Part shown: in pieces, positions 40,856-51,550 of the stretch
Numbering within the stretch: the stretch's first letter is position 1
How the letters are laid out: every line of letters begins with the position of its first letter
Source: Sedimentisphaerales bacterium
GTDB lineage: Bacteria; Planctomycetota; Phycisphaerae; Sedimentisphaerales; SM23-30
Direction: 5' to 3'
Assembly (NCBI GenBank): GCA_963663805.2
Contig: CAXXMR010000012.1
Location: 384,001-448,000, forward strand
DNA length: 64,000 nt
Notes under the pieces: model-generated
Databases searched by the model: none
Told to the model about the DNA's origin: nothing
Seen by the model: the letters and a program-made list of their open reading frames with translations, nothing else
Translations under genes and position numbers: made by a program

Positions 40856-42145
40856 ATGAGAGGACAGATGTCTTTAAGTGAAAAACGGTTATTGAAGCAA
40901 GCCAAGAAAAGTCAAAAAAGAACTCTCGACCAAAGATTGTTTTTAAAAGACAAAAGATATTATGAGTTCAAAGGCAAGGTTGCCGAAGAAGTTTTGCACA
41001 TGTTGGCTCAAAAAACATTTCTGACAGATTGGTGCTATCTGAACCCCATGTTATCAAGTGGAAAGGAATTGTGTGATTTATTGGTGGTTTTTGATGACAC
41101 TGCTATTATTTGGCAACTAAAAGATGTCAAGCTTGATAAGACCTTACACATCAAAGAGAAGGATTACAGAAAAAATATCAGACAGACATTAGGTGCATAC
41201 AGACATCTCTCGCAATTAAAAACATCAGTTGAACTTATTAATCCGAGGCGTGGCAAAGAACGTTTTGATTCATCAAAAATAAAACATTATTATTTAATAT
41301 CATCGTTTTTTGGTGATGTGCCTTTTACTTTAAATGCGATAGAGAATGCCAAAGATAAATTCTTACATGTCTTTAATAGAGAATTCACGGAAATCATTTT
41401 AAATGAATTGGACACAATATCTGATTTTATGAAATATCTTTCTGAAAAAGAGCGTTTCTTTTCTTTAAGTAATGCTGAGTTTTTAATTAATGGCGGCGAA
41501 GAAGAATTACTGGCTTACTATATCTTCAATGATAAATCATTTAATAGATTGCTTGAAGGTAATTATGAAGCGATAATGATGGAGGGTGGAGTCTGGGATG
41601 ATTTAAAATCAAGGCAGGAATATAAAGCGAAATGCAATGCTGATAAAATTAGTTATTTATGGGATGATCTTATCGACAAATGTCATACAGGAGATAATAA
41701 TGAGTATGAAAAGATTGCCAGAGAGTTAGCAAGATTCAATCGCTTTGACAGAAGAAATCTGTCGATTGCCTTTACTGAATTAGGAAGAAAGGCAAACCAA
41801 GGTGTGTGCGGGTATGCATATCGCAGAACACTCCAAATTTTAGGTGTTACGTGCTGTTTTCTGTGTTATGGAGATTCTAATGATTGCAAGAGTAGGGAAT
41901 TACGAAAAAAGTTATTGGAAGCCTTTTGTTTTATTGCTCGGGGCACGCTTGGAAATTCAAAAGTAGTTGGTATCGCTACAGACCAGAGTACCAAGAAGGA
42001 AATTGCATTTGACTTTTGCCTGTTTGATATTCCTGATTGGACAGATGATCATCAAATAAAAATGGAATTACTTCAAAAAGACACAAAGATGTTGACCAAG
42101 CCAACTCAATATATTAAACGTTTTACAGAATATCCACAAGTTTAG
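40856..42145 (+). CDS. Putative PD-(D/E)XK/NERD-like nuclease-domain protein
   Basis: G..AEE...ELCDLLVVFDDTAIIWQLK motif; inserted in the R-M operon. Confidence 0.55.
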   Translation: MRGQMSLSEKRLLKQAKKSQKRTLDQRLFLKDKRYYEFKGKVAEEVLHMLAQKTFLTDWCYLNPMLSSGKELCDLLVVFDDTAIIWQLKDVKLDKTLHIKEKDYRKNIRQTLGAYRHLSQLKTSVELINPRRGKERFDSSKIKHYYLISSFFGDVPFTLNAIENAKDKFLHVFNREFTEIILNELDTISDFMKYLSEKERFFSLSNAEFLINGGEEELLAYYIFNDKSFNRLLEGNYEAIMMEGGVWDDLKSRQEYKAKCNADKISYLWDDLIDKCHTGDNNEYEKIARELARFNRFDRRNLSIAFTELGRKANQGVCGYAYRRTLQILGVTCCFLCYGDSNDCKSRELRKKLLEAFCFIARGTLGNSKVVGIATDQSTKKEIAFDFCLFDIPDWTDDHQIKMELLQKDTKMLTKPTQYIKRFTEYPQV

Positions 42146-42154
42146 GTTAGAATA

Positions 42155-45100
42155 ATGAATAACATCCCTTCCTTTTTAGAAGACCGAATATCACAGATAC
42201 CTGCTTTGCAGTATTTGATTAATTTGGGTTATGAATATATTAGTCCTGAACAGGCATTTGGTCTTCGAGGTGAAAAATACAGTAATGTTCTGCTGGAAGA
42301 TGTTCTGCAAGAGCAATTACGCAAGATTAATGTTATTTCATTCAAGGGTAAACAGTATCCCTTCAGTAATGTAAATATCAGCCGGGCGGTCGAGGCTCTC
42401 AAGGTTCCGCTGGTGGATGGGCTGGTTAAAACCAATGAGCAGATTTATGACCTGCTCTGTCTGGGTAAGAGTTTTGAGGAGACTATCGGCGGAGATACCA
42501 AGAGTTTTCAGTTACAGTATATAGACTGGTTTAATCCGGAAAACAATGTATTCCAGGTCACAGCAGAGTTTCCCGTAGCCAGAACCCAAACCGACCAGCA
42601 GCGTCGTCCTGATATCGTGCTGTTTATTAATGGTATCCCTGTCTGTGTTATTGAATGCAAATCCGCTATTCTTGACAGCAGCGGCAAGAAGAAACCCGTA
42701 GAGCAAGCCGTCAGCCAGCAAATCTTCAATCAAGGTCAGGAGCAGATACCAGGATTATATATCTATTCTCAATTGCTTCTGGCAGTCAGTCCTAATGAAG
42801 TAAAATACGCTACTACCAATACACCAGCGGAGTTCTGGTCAGTATGGAAAGAAAAAGGGCTGGATAAGAAACAGGTAAAATCACTGGCTAATCAGCCTTT
42901 GGATAAGCAAATGAAAGAGCAGCTCTTTTCCGGGGTATTTGCTGAATGTCGGGATTATTTCGAGAATCTGGAAAAACAGGGTGAGAGGGAAATAAGAGAA
43001 CAGGATAAAGCCTTATATTGCTTATGCAATAAGGAACGGCTGTTGGAACTGATATATCAGTTTATTGTTTTTGATGCCGGCGAGAAGAAAATAGCCCGCT
43101 ATCAGCAGTATTTTGCGGTTAAAAACACGCTCAGCAGGGTAAAATCCTTTGATAAATTTCATAAGCGTCAGGGGGGAGTTATCTGGCATACACAGGGTTC
43201 GGGTAAATCCATTACAATGGTGATGATAGCCAAGGCATTGGCACTGGAACCCACTATTCTTAATCCCCGGATTATAGTGGTTACTGACCGGGTTGACCTG
43301 GATGAGCAGATTCATGAGACCTTCAGGCATTGCGGCAAGGACCCTCGAAAAGCCGCTACCGGCAGACATCTTACCCAACTCATCGAGGAGAAAAAAGAAG
43401 CGGTTATTACCACCGTATTGGACAAGTTTGATTCCGCGTTGAATATCAAGAACTTCAAGGATGAGGGGACCGAGATCTTCATCCTGGTGGATGAGAGCCA
43501 TAGAAGTCAATACGGCAGAATGCATACCAGAATGAGGAAGGTATTTCCCAATGCCTGTTATATTGGATTTACGGGTACTCCTCTGCTGAAAAAGGATAAA
43601 AGCACGGCTGCTAAATTTGGCGGTTTTATTGAACCGAAATACACCATTGACCAGGCAGTGGAAGATAAAGCCGTGGTGAGGCTGTTATATGAAGGCAGAC
43701 ATGCGGTGCAGGAGGTGGATCAGAAGTCTATAGATGCCTGGTTTGAGCGTATCACACGGAATCTGACTACCAGACAAAAGGCGGACCTGAAGCGTAAATT
43801 CAGTAATGCCGACCATCTCAATAAGGCAGACCAGAAGATATATCGTATTGCTTACGATATAAGTGACCATTTTGTGAGTAACTGGCAGGGAACCGGATTT
43901 AAGGCACAATTAGCGGCACCTTCCAAAGTTACAGCCTTGAAATATAAGCAGTATCTCGATGAATTCAGCATGGTTAAATCCGAAGTACTTATTTCCGGAC
44001 CTGATGTGAGAGAGGATAATGAGGAAGTAGATGAAGACCCCAAGAATGAAGTGCGGAAATTCTGGGATAAGATGATGAAGCGGTATGGCAGCGAGGAGCA
44101 ATACAATAAAAAACTCATAAGCCAATTTAAATATGAGGATGAACCCGAAATCATCATTGTGGTATCTAAATTACTGACCGGCTTTGATGCTCCCCGTAAT
44201 ACAGTATTATATCTGGCTAAAACCTTAAAACAGCATAGTCTTCTTCAGGCAATTGCCCGAGTAAACCGTCTCTATGAAGGCAAGGAATACGGCTATATTC
44301 TCGATTATTATGGAGTATTGGGTGAACTTAACGATGCCTTGACCACTTATCGTGCTTTGGAGGGGTTTGACCAGGCAGATGTCGAGGGCACGATTATAAA
44401 TGTGTGGGAAGAGGTAAAGACCCTCAAGCAGAAACATTCAGCATTATGGGATATATTTAAGACTATTAAGAATAAGATGGATGAAGAGGCTTATGAGCAA
44501 TTACTGAATGATGAACAGTGTCGAGACCAGTTCTATAAACGGTTATCACAGTATTCCCGAACTCTTAATATTGCTCTATCTACTATAAGATTTCTGGAAG
44601 AAACTCCGGAAAAGACCATTGAGAAATATAAACAGGATTTACATTTTTTCCAGAAATTAAGAGTATCTGTTAAAAAACGTTATTCTGATGAAATCGATTA
44701 TAAAGAATATGAATCCAAAATTCAAAAACTGATAGACACTTATATTAATACCGAAGAGATTCTGCAAATTACGGAATTGGTGGATATCTTTGATAAGGAT
44801 AAGTTTGAGGAAGAGGTTAGTAAACTGGAAAGCCCCCGAGCCAGGGCGGATACCATTGCCAATCGCACCAAAAAGACAATTATTGAGAAGATGGAAGAGG
44901 ATCCGGTATTTTATAAGAAGTTCTCACGATTATTGGAAGATACTATTGATGAATTTATGGCAAGAAGGCTTTCTGATGCAGAATATCTCAAGAAAGTCAC
45001 GGAAATAATGAATGCCGTGGTAAATCGCACCGGGGATGATGCTCCTGAAACTCTAAAGAACCGAGAAATTGCCAAGGCATTTTATGGTATTGTTTATGAA

Positions 45101-45361
45101 ATTATCAAGAAGTTTGACAATAAGGATATAAAAGCAAAAGAATTTGCAGCAGAATTAGGCTTGAAGATTGATGATATCATTCAGGAAAATCTGATAGTGG
45201 ACTGGATTAATAATCCTGATATTCAGAATATGATAATGAATAAAATTGAGGATTATTTATATCATGTTCAGGATGAAAATGGCATAGAAATGTCATACGA
45301 TGAAATTGACTCTATTCTGGACCAGACTCTCAACGTCGCTAAAGCAAGGTATGCCGGTTGA
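42155..45361 (+). CDS. hsdR: Type I restriction endonuclease R subunit
   Basis: RPDIVLFINGIP..IECK nuclease motif, HTQGSGKS, DESHRSQ, FTGTP, LLTGFDAP, QAIARVNR. Confidence 0.97.
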   Translation: MNNIPSFLEDRISQIPALQYLINLGYEYISPEQAFGLRGEKYSNVLLEDVLQEQLRKINVISFKGKQYPFSNVNISRAVEALKVPLVDGLVKTNEQIYDLLCLGKSFEETIGGDTKSFQLQYIDWFNPENNVFQVTAEFPVARTQTDQQRRPDIVLFINGIPVCVIECKSAILDSSGKKKPVEQAVSQQIFNQGQEQIPGLYIYSQLLLAVSPNEVKYATTNTPAEFWSVWKEKGLDKKQVKSLANQPLDKQMKEQLFSGVFAECRDYFENLEKQGEREIREQDKALYCLCNKERLLELIYQFIVFDAGEKKIARYQQYFAVKNTLSRVKSFDKFHKRQGGVIWHTQGSGKSITMVMIAKALALEPTILNPRIIVVTDRVDLDEQIHETFRHCGKDPRKAATGRHLTQLIEEKKEAVITTVLDKFDSALNIKNFKDEGTEIFILVDESHRSQYGRMHTRMRKVFPNACYIGFTGTPLLKKDKSTAAKFGGFIEPKYTIDQAVEDKAVVRLLYEGRHAVQEVDQKSIDAWFERITRNLTTRQKADLKRKFSNADHLNKADQKIYRIAYDISDHFVSNWQGTGFKAQLAAPSKVTALKYKQYLDEFSMVKSEVLISGPDVREDNEEVDEDPKNEVRKFWDKMMKRYGSEEQYNKKLISQFKYEDEPEIIIVVSKLLTGFDAPRNTVLYLAKTLKQHSLLQAIARVNRLYEGKEYGYILDYYGVLGELNDALTTYRALEGFDQADVEGTIINVWEEVKTLKQKHSALWDIFKTIKNKMDEEAYEQLLNDEQCRDQFYKRLSQYSRTLNIALSTIRFLEETPEKTIEKYKQDLHFFQKLRVSVKKRYSDEIDYKEYESKIQKLIDTYINTEEILQITELVDIFDKDKFEEEVSKLESPRARADTIANRTKKTIIEKMEEDPVFYKKFSRLLEDTIDEFMARRLSDAEYLKKVTEIMNAVVNRTGDDAPETLKNREIAKAFYGIVYEIIKKFDNKDIKAKEFAAELGLKIDDIIQENLIVDWINNPDIQNMIMNKIEDYLYHVQDENGIEMSYDEIDSILDQTLNVAKARYAG

Positions 45362-46071
45362 TGTCAAACATTCATAAAATACAATATGGCAAAGAAGTAA
45401 TTTCTTATGACCTTACTTATAGCCGTCGAAAGACCTTGGAAATTAGTGTTTATCCGGATTTATCGGTAAAGGTTAAGGCTCCGGAGAACAGGTCATTTGA
45501 AGAAATCAGAGCCAAAATCATGAAGAGAGCCTCCTGGATAATTGAGCAGAAATATTTCTTTTCTCTGTTCTTACCCAAACAACCTGTCAGGCAATATATA
45601 AGTGGAGAAACTCATTCCTATTTAGGCAGAAATTATAGATTAAAACTCATTAATTCTGAAAATGAAGAAGTGAAATTAGTAAGAGGTATTATTTACATTT
45701 ATACAAAAGACAGGTCAAACGCCGTTCATAATAAGAAGTTATTGGAAAAATGGTATAAGGATAGAGCAAAAGATTATTTTGAGCAGAGATTGGATAAATG
45801 TATAGAGAAGGTAAAGAAATATAATATCAGAAAACCTCCTTTGACTATTAGAAATATGTCGAAGAGATGGGGAAGTTGTTCAAAAAATGGAGTCTTGACC
45901 TTAAATACTCATTTAATAAAATCTCCATCTAATTGCATTGATTATGTAATTACTCATGAATTGTGCCATTTAAAATATTTTGGTCATAGTAAAGCATTTT
46001 ATGGATTATTAGTAAAGATGATGCCTGATTGGGAGAAAAGAAAGAAAAGGTTGGAGAAGGTTTTGATATGA
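45361..46071 (+). CDS. M48/YgjP (DUF45) metal-dependent hydrolase
   Basis: RWGSCS, DYVITHELCH (HExxH), H...FY; typical position after hsdR. Confidence 0.9.
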   Translation: MSNIHKIQYGKEVISYDLTYSRRKTLEISVYPDLSVKVKAPENRSFEEIRAKIMKRASWIIEQKYFFSLFLPKQPVRQYISGETHSYLGRNYRLKLINSENEEVKLVRGIIYIYTKDRSNAVHNKKLLEKWYKDRAKDYFEQRLDKCIEKVKKYNIRKPPLTIRNMSKRWGSCSKNGVLTLNTHLIKSPSNCIDYVITHELCHLKYFGHSKAFYGLLVKMMPDWEKRKKRLEKVLI

Positions 46072-46230
46072 AAATGGATGATAGATAAATGAGAATATTG
46101 TCAGATTTGTAAAAATCAGATGAGAATAAGAAAAGAAAAAGAGAAATATTTCATAAGATGTAATGATTGTAATAAGGAAAAAGTATATTTTATAGGATGA
46201 GAACTCAGTATCATCAAATGGATATAATCT

Positions 46231-46935
46231 ATGATACCATTTAAAACAATACTTCATTATTCATATGTATTGAAACTTTCAGAACCAGAACGACATAATG
46301 TTCATAAGATTATAACCCATAGTGAAAATATGTTCCATGATACAATTAAAGACATATGTAGAATTGGAAAAGTTTCAGAATTAGATGATATATTCAAAGA
46401 TGATTATAATATAGAATTACTTATGGAATTTGATAATTGGGGTTGCGTAGAAAACTTTGACGATTTTCCCATTTCCCCCAAATGTGTTTACACAGCATTC
46501 TTTTCAACTGATGGCAGTTGTCCTTTTCATGGGGTTCGTTATTATGATAACGCTAAAACAGCAGCAACAAATGAATTCCAAAGATTATTAGCAAATGAAT
46601 GTTTCTGTGGAATCAGTTGCGATGAAGAATCACAATGTGTGCTTGATAGATGTAAAAGAATATCTACTGACATGAGTCTATTACTTTCATGGATGTATGA
46701 CTCATTACCAGACGAAGAGGATATTTTGAAAGCCCTTAGAATCATTTTTAAACAGTTTGAGCATTCATATGGAACTATCGATTCATTCGAGAGGGCTGTT
46801 AAAAAACTACCTTATGAAACTTCACGGTCTTTCTTCATATCAACTGATAATAATTCTAAAACGCCTAATTTCTTTTGCTTTGATTGGGATAATTATGAAC
46901 ATATCGAATCGAATGGCTTCGTAAGCACCTATTGA
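46231..46935 (+). CDS. Hypothetical protein
   Basis: 234-aa ORF in AT-rich DNA; no recognised motif. Confidence 0.55.
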   Translation: MIPFKTILHYSYVLKLSEPERHNVHKIITHSENMFHDTIKDICRIGKVSELDDIFKDDYNIELLMEFDNWGCVENFDDFPISPKCVYTAFFSTDGSCPFHGVRYYDNAKTAATNEFQRLLANECFCGISCDEESQCVLDRCKRISTDMSLLLSWMYDSLPDEEDILKALRIIFKQFEHSYGTIDSFERAVKKLPYETSRSFFISTDNNSKTPNFFCFDWDNYEHIESNGFVSTY

Positions 46936-47036
46936 GTTCCTTAAATGGAATTTGATTTTAAAGCATTTGTTTAATTCTGGACTTCTTGCAAAGAAAACAA
47001 GATATTATAAAATGAAACTTATAAGGAAATAATCCC

Positions 47037-47825
47037 ATGAATGATAAAATAACAATAATTCTGACGGAAGAGCAAAGAGATTTACTAATCGAGTATGAAC
47101 CTTATTTTGTGGATGATAAGGTTTTTAAACTCATATCTATTGCCATTAAAAAAGAAAATAAATATGAGATATACCTGGATGAAGAAGAATTGGAAGAATT
47201 AATAGACCAAGTTGCTGAATTAGCAAATAATGAAAAGGATGAAGTACTTAAATATCAATTAGATGATATTTGTGATTTTTTAGAAGATGTATCTGATGAT
47301 TTACAAGATTCTGAAGATGATGAAGACAGTGATTATTCTGAATTTTCGCAGGAAACAGGTTCTGTTTTTATTTTAAAAGTTTCCCTGGCTTATGAAAAGG
47401 AAATATGGAGGAAGATTGCCATAAGGGAAGGACAGTCCTTACATGATTTACATATGATAATTTTTGAGGCATTTGATCGATTTGAAGACCATATGTATTC
47501 TTTCTTTATTAATCCCACAATTAAAAAGTTTGACCCTCGGAAAATATATAAATCTGCTGATGAATACACTCATCCTTTTGCTTGCGAAGAAGAACCTGAT
47601 AAAGAGAATGCTGAAAAAACTACTATTGGCTCTTTGAATTTGAAAGAGAAGGAAAGGTTTTATTATCTGTTTGATTTTGGGGATGAATGGTGGCATGAAA
47701 TAACAGTTGAGCAGACAGATGGAGAAGCGGATGATGATGAATATCCCCGAGTTATAGAGGAACAAGGTGAATCACCAGAGCAGTATGAGGATTATGATGA
47801 AGACTTTGATGATGAAGAAGATTAA
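47037..47825 (+). CDS. pRiA4b ORF-3 family protein
   Basis: IWRKIAI...LHDLHMIIFEAF...HMYSF, YLFDFGDEWWHEI, YPR...G.SP.QY. Confidence 0.85.
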   Translation: MNDKITIILTEEQRDLLIEYEPYFVDDKVFKLISIAIKKENKYEIYLDEEELEELIDQVAELANNEKDEVLKYQLDDICDFLEDVSDDLQDSEDDEDSDYSEFSQETGSVFILKVSLAYEKEIWRKIAIREGQSLHDLHMIIFEAFDRFEDHMYSFFINPTIKKFDPRKIYKSADEYTHPFACEEEPDKENAEKTTIGSLNLKEKERFYYLFDFGDEWWHEITVEQTDGEADDDEYPRVIEEQGESPEQYEDYDEDFDDEED

Positions 47826-47843
47826 CCATATAATATTCGGAGT

Positions 47844-48785
47844 ATGTTTATGGGTTTAATTGGTGAATCCTTGGCTTCTCAATTTAAGAGATTTGATAGG
47901 GATGCCTCGTTCCAGGCACAGGTAAAGAAATTAGAGAAAATAGGCAGCAAACCTTCAGGAGTGCATGATTTAAAGGAAATTATTGAACAAGGCTATGACC
48001 CTCTCCATGCCGCATATATTGTTATGCAAAATCATACTTCAGTATTTGCGGAAAAAATCTCCATATTAGGCGAATTGAAGGCATATTACGATATCGCAGA
48101 GTCTGCCGAAGATGAATATATGCCTTCCGCTCCGCCAATGAGTCCTTTGACAAGCAGTTATTTCACCTGCTGGGCATTTTTTGATTTGCAATTTGGTCCT
48201 GACAAAGAAACGATAGGAACCTGTTATCTGGATTTAGCGGAACAGGCGAAATTCTACCCTGATAGTGTCCACATCATGGAGTTGATGCAGAACTCCAGGA
48301 TGGGTATCTATGAGCATTGCGGGATCCAGGACGGCAGAGTTTTATTGCAGGATATTGTGACTCAGGATGAGCATCTTTGTTATGTGCCCACAGGATATAG
48401 CGGCAAAAAAGGACAGTGCTGGTATGTCAGAATATTGCCGCCGATTAATGAATACTTTGATTACAGCGTTGTTTTCAATACTCCTTATATATTAACAGGA
48501 GAATCAAAGGAAGACTGGCTTTCATTCATCAAAAGAGCCAGGGCAGGCTCAGCCGACGGCGATATCTCATATTATGATTTTATGAAATACGGGTTGGATA
48601 TAAATTATTGGAATGAATTTGTATTTATGGCTTATCTTAATCATCAAAGTGATGCAATATTTCTAAAAGGTATTCCTGATGTAACAGAAAGTATGCCTCA
48701 TGGGGATTTAAAGAGAAAAGAACCAAGCCAGCCCGTTAGAAGAGATAGAAGTAAAGTTTCAAGAAATAAAAAAAGAAGAAAATAA
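47844..48785 (+). CDS. Hypothetical protein
   Basis: 313-aa ORF, GGAG RBS, operon-spaced. Confidence 0.7.
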   Translation: MFMGLIGESLASQFKRFDRDASFQAQVKKLEKIGSKPSGVHDLKEIIEQGYDPLHAAYIVMQNHTSVFAEKISILGELKAYYDIAESAEDEYMPSAPPMSPLTSSYFTCWAFFDLQFGPDKETIGTCYLDLAEQAKFYPDSVHIMELMQNSRMGIYEHCGIQDGRVLLQDIVTQDEHLCYVPTGYSGKKGQCWYVRILPPINEYFDYSVVFNTPYILTGESKEDWLSFIKRARAGSADGDISYYDFMKYGLDINYWNEFVFMAYLNHQSDAIFLKGIPDVTESMPHGDLKRKEPSQPVRRDRSKVSRNKKRRK

Positions 48786-48791
48786 AGATAA

Positions 48792-50012
48792 TTGATTATG
48801 GCTGTTAAACATAAATGGAAGTTTAAATCTTACTTTCGCAGAGAAGCATACGGGTGGAACGGCACTGCCAAGGCTTCTAAACGTATGAAGGAAGCAGTCT
48901 CGGAAATCAAGAAAGTCGCTAAGACTGACTCTGCTCTTGCCGGTGAGGGAGTAATTGCCTTAATTGTCCGTCTGTATCCTGCCGTTATGGATATTGACAG
49001 TTCTTCGGGAGCGTTAGGCACAGCCATAAATAATACCATTGATGCCCTTATTCCCATTCTTATTAGGGCAGACTGGGATATGAATACCAGGGGTAAACTC
49101 CTGGAAGAACTTTATGAAGCCATAATTGAGGATGGCTGGGACATTTTAGGTGACTTGAGGGATTGCTGGGGAGAAATCTGTGTATATCCCGGTTTAGCCC
49201 ATCTGTGGGCAGACAGACTGATTGCTGGAGTAAGAGATACTTGGACCAGCGAAGGATATTCATATTTTGTCGGGTCGGATATGTGCTTGTCCTGTCTGGT
49301 CTATACCGAACGCTATAATGAATTACAGGAATTGTTAGAACTGCAATCCAAGCCATTTTGGTCATACAACAAGTTCTGGGCTAAAGCCTTGATAAAGCAG
49401 GGAAGACCCCAGGAGGCTCTTGATTACGCATATCAAATGAGCACTAAATCAACAACGGATTATCAAGAACCTGAAATTGATGCTTTCTGCGAAGACATCC
49501 TTATTGATATGGGCAGAATTGAGGAAGCATATGAACAGTATGGTTTAAGAAATACATCATACACTACCTATCTCAACAGATATCGTGGGATTTGTAAAAA
49601 ATATCCCGCCATAGATAAAAGAAAAATATTGACTGACCTCATAGAAAGAGTAGGTCATAAAGGAAAATGGTTTGCTGCTGCTAAAACCGCAGGATATTTA
49701 AATATTGCCCTTGAATGTGCCTTATCTGAAGAATCTGACCCTAATACTCTCTTAAGAGCGTGCAGAGATTTTGCTGATAAAGATTTTGAATTTGCTCTCA
49801 ATGTAGGAATTCAGGGAATAATAAGACTGCTTACAGGAACTTTTTATGATGAAGTAAGACCCCTTGATATTGAGATGGCATATTATCAAGTAGCAAAGAT
49901 TGCTGAAGAAAAGGGAAAGGCTCAGGATTTCAAATCATTATTAGGCAGAGAAATTATGAAGCATCAATGCAAGCCTAATTTGAGAGAAGTTATTTTTAAT
50001 AAGTTGGGATAA
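48792..50012 (+). CDS. Hypothetical helical (TPR-like) protein
   Basis: 406-aa ORF; IDSSSGALGTA and GKWFAAAK segments. Confidence 0.7.
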   Translation: MIMAVKHKWKFKSYFRREAYGWNGTAKASKRMKEAVSEIKKVAKTDSALAGEGVIALIVRLYPAVMDIDSSSGALGTAINNTIDALIPILIRADWDMNTRGKLLEELYEAIIEDGWDILGDLRDCWGEICVYPGLAHLWADRLIAGVRDTWTSEGYSYFVGSDMCLSCLVYTERYNELQELLELQSKPFWSYNKFWAKALIKQGRPQEALDYAYQMSTKSTTDYQEPEIDAFCEDILIDMGRIEEAYEQYGLRNTSYTTYLNRYRGICKKYPAIDKRKILTDLIERVGHKGKWFAAAKTAGYLNIALECALSEESDPNTLLRACRDFADKDFEFALNVGIQGIIRLLTGTFYDEVRPLDIEMAYYQVAKIAEEKGKAQDFKSLLGREIMKHQCKPNLREVIFNKLG

Positions 50013-50149
50013 AGAAGTAATTAATTCGCAGTTAGATGACAAGCCAATATACTAAACAAAAGTTATACCTTTTAATCTGTGAAAGATAGTCGAAATCAAT
50101 CTGACAATATCAGCATTATCTACAAATGTAGGATGAAATATTGACTAAT

Positions 50150-51313
50150 TCAGATATTTCCTCTTTTCAAACTATCATCCCCATATTTATTTCTGATTTT
50201 ATCATATACTTCATCAATCTTTTTCTGTTTTTCTTCTTCAGGATCTGAAAATAATAATTTTTGACCACTGCCTTCAGATATCAGACCTGATGTCCCAAAT
50301 CCTAACAATCTTAATGCTCCAGGTGTTTTATTATGCCATTGATTAAATACTTTCTTTGACTCTTCAAAAAGAATATGAGTAATATTAGTGGGCTTATCCA
50401 ATGTTAAACTTCGAGTAATAGTTCTAAAATCCCCATATCGAAATTTCAGAGTAATTGTCCTGCATTCTACTTTTTCTGCTCTTAATCTCTGACTTACTTC
50501 ATCTACTTGATTTTGTAAAATATTCAATAATATATCTTTTTCCCTAATATCATTAGAGAATGTTTCTTCTGCGGAAATGCTTTTTGCATCAGTATATGAT
50601 TCAACTTTTCGATTATCTATCCCCTGGGCAAGTTTAATAATATCATCAACCTGGTTCTTAAAGATAGTTGATAATTTATATTTGGGAGAATTTCGGAGTT
50701 GCTGTATTGTATGAATTCCGTATTTCTCTAATTCTTTAGTGGTTACTTTTCCTATTCCCCAAATTCTTGATACAGGTAATGGATCTAAAGTCTCCTGTTT
50801 ATTCTCTTCTGAAATTATTACAAATCCATCAGGTTTATCTAAATCTGAAGCAAGTTTTGCCAGAAATTTATTAGGAGCAATTCCTACAGAAGCAGTTAAG
50901 CCTGTTTTATCTTTAATTTCAGATTTTATTTTTTTGCCAATATCTTCCGCCGAACCAAATATGCCAATACTGCCGGTTACATCCAGGAATGCTTCATCGA
51001 TAGAAATAGGCTCAATATCAGGAGTATAATTCTGAAAGATTTTATGGATTTGTTTTGATACTTCTACATATCTTGACATTCTTACCGGGAGGACTATTGC
51101 CTGGGGGCACAGACGGAGTGCCTGGCTCATAGGCATTGCGGAGTGAACTCCGTATTTCCTGGCTGCATAGGAACAGGCTGCAACCACTCCACGTTGCTCT
51201 GGAGAGCCTCCAACCAGGACAGGCTTGTCCTTTAAGGTTGGATTATCTTTTATCTCTACAGAGGCATAGAAGGCGTCCATATCAACGTGTATGATTTGCT
51301 TGATTAACTCCAT
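50150..51313 (-). CDS. dinB: DNA polymerase IV (Y family)
   Basis: HVDMDAFYASVE, SYAARKYGV, SIDEAFLD, NKFLAKLASD. Confidence 0.95.
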   Translation of the reverse strand: MELIKQIIHVDMDAFYASVEIKDNPTLKDKPVLVGGSPEQRGVVAACSYAARKYGVHSAMPMSQALRLCPQAIVLPVRMSRYVEVSKQIHKIFQNYTPDIEPISIDEAFLDVTGSIGIFGSAEDIGKKIKSEIKDKTGLTASVGIAPNKFLAKLASDLDKPDGFVIISEENKQETLDPLPVSRIWGIGKVTTKELEKYGIHTIQQLRNSPKYKLSTIFKNQVDDIIKLAQGIDNRKVESYTDAKSISAEETFSNDIREKDILLNILQNQVDEVSQRLRAEKVECRTITLKFRYGDFRTITRSLTLDKPTNITHILFEESKKVFNQWHNKTPGALRLLGFGTSGLISEGSGQKLLFSDPEEEKQKKIDEVYDKIRNKYGDDSLKRGNI

Positions 51314-51550
51314 ATTACCGTAATTATAATCATTGAGGGGTCGATGTCAAATAATCTATCGTCTTTTGGGGATTTCGTTTTGCTACAATAGTATAACCAA
51401 GATTCCTACTAAAACCTATTTCAATCATATAAATCACTAAAATTATGACTGGATTAAGTAACGAAATCCGGTTAAACATACTTAGTTGAGGTAATATCGG
51501 CAAAAAACGCAAATTGACGTTTTTGGAATCAGGGCTTGGAAGGATCTGAA

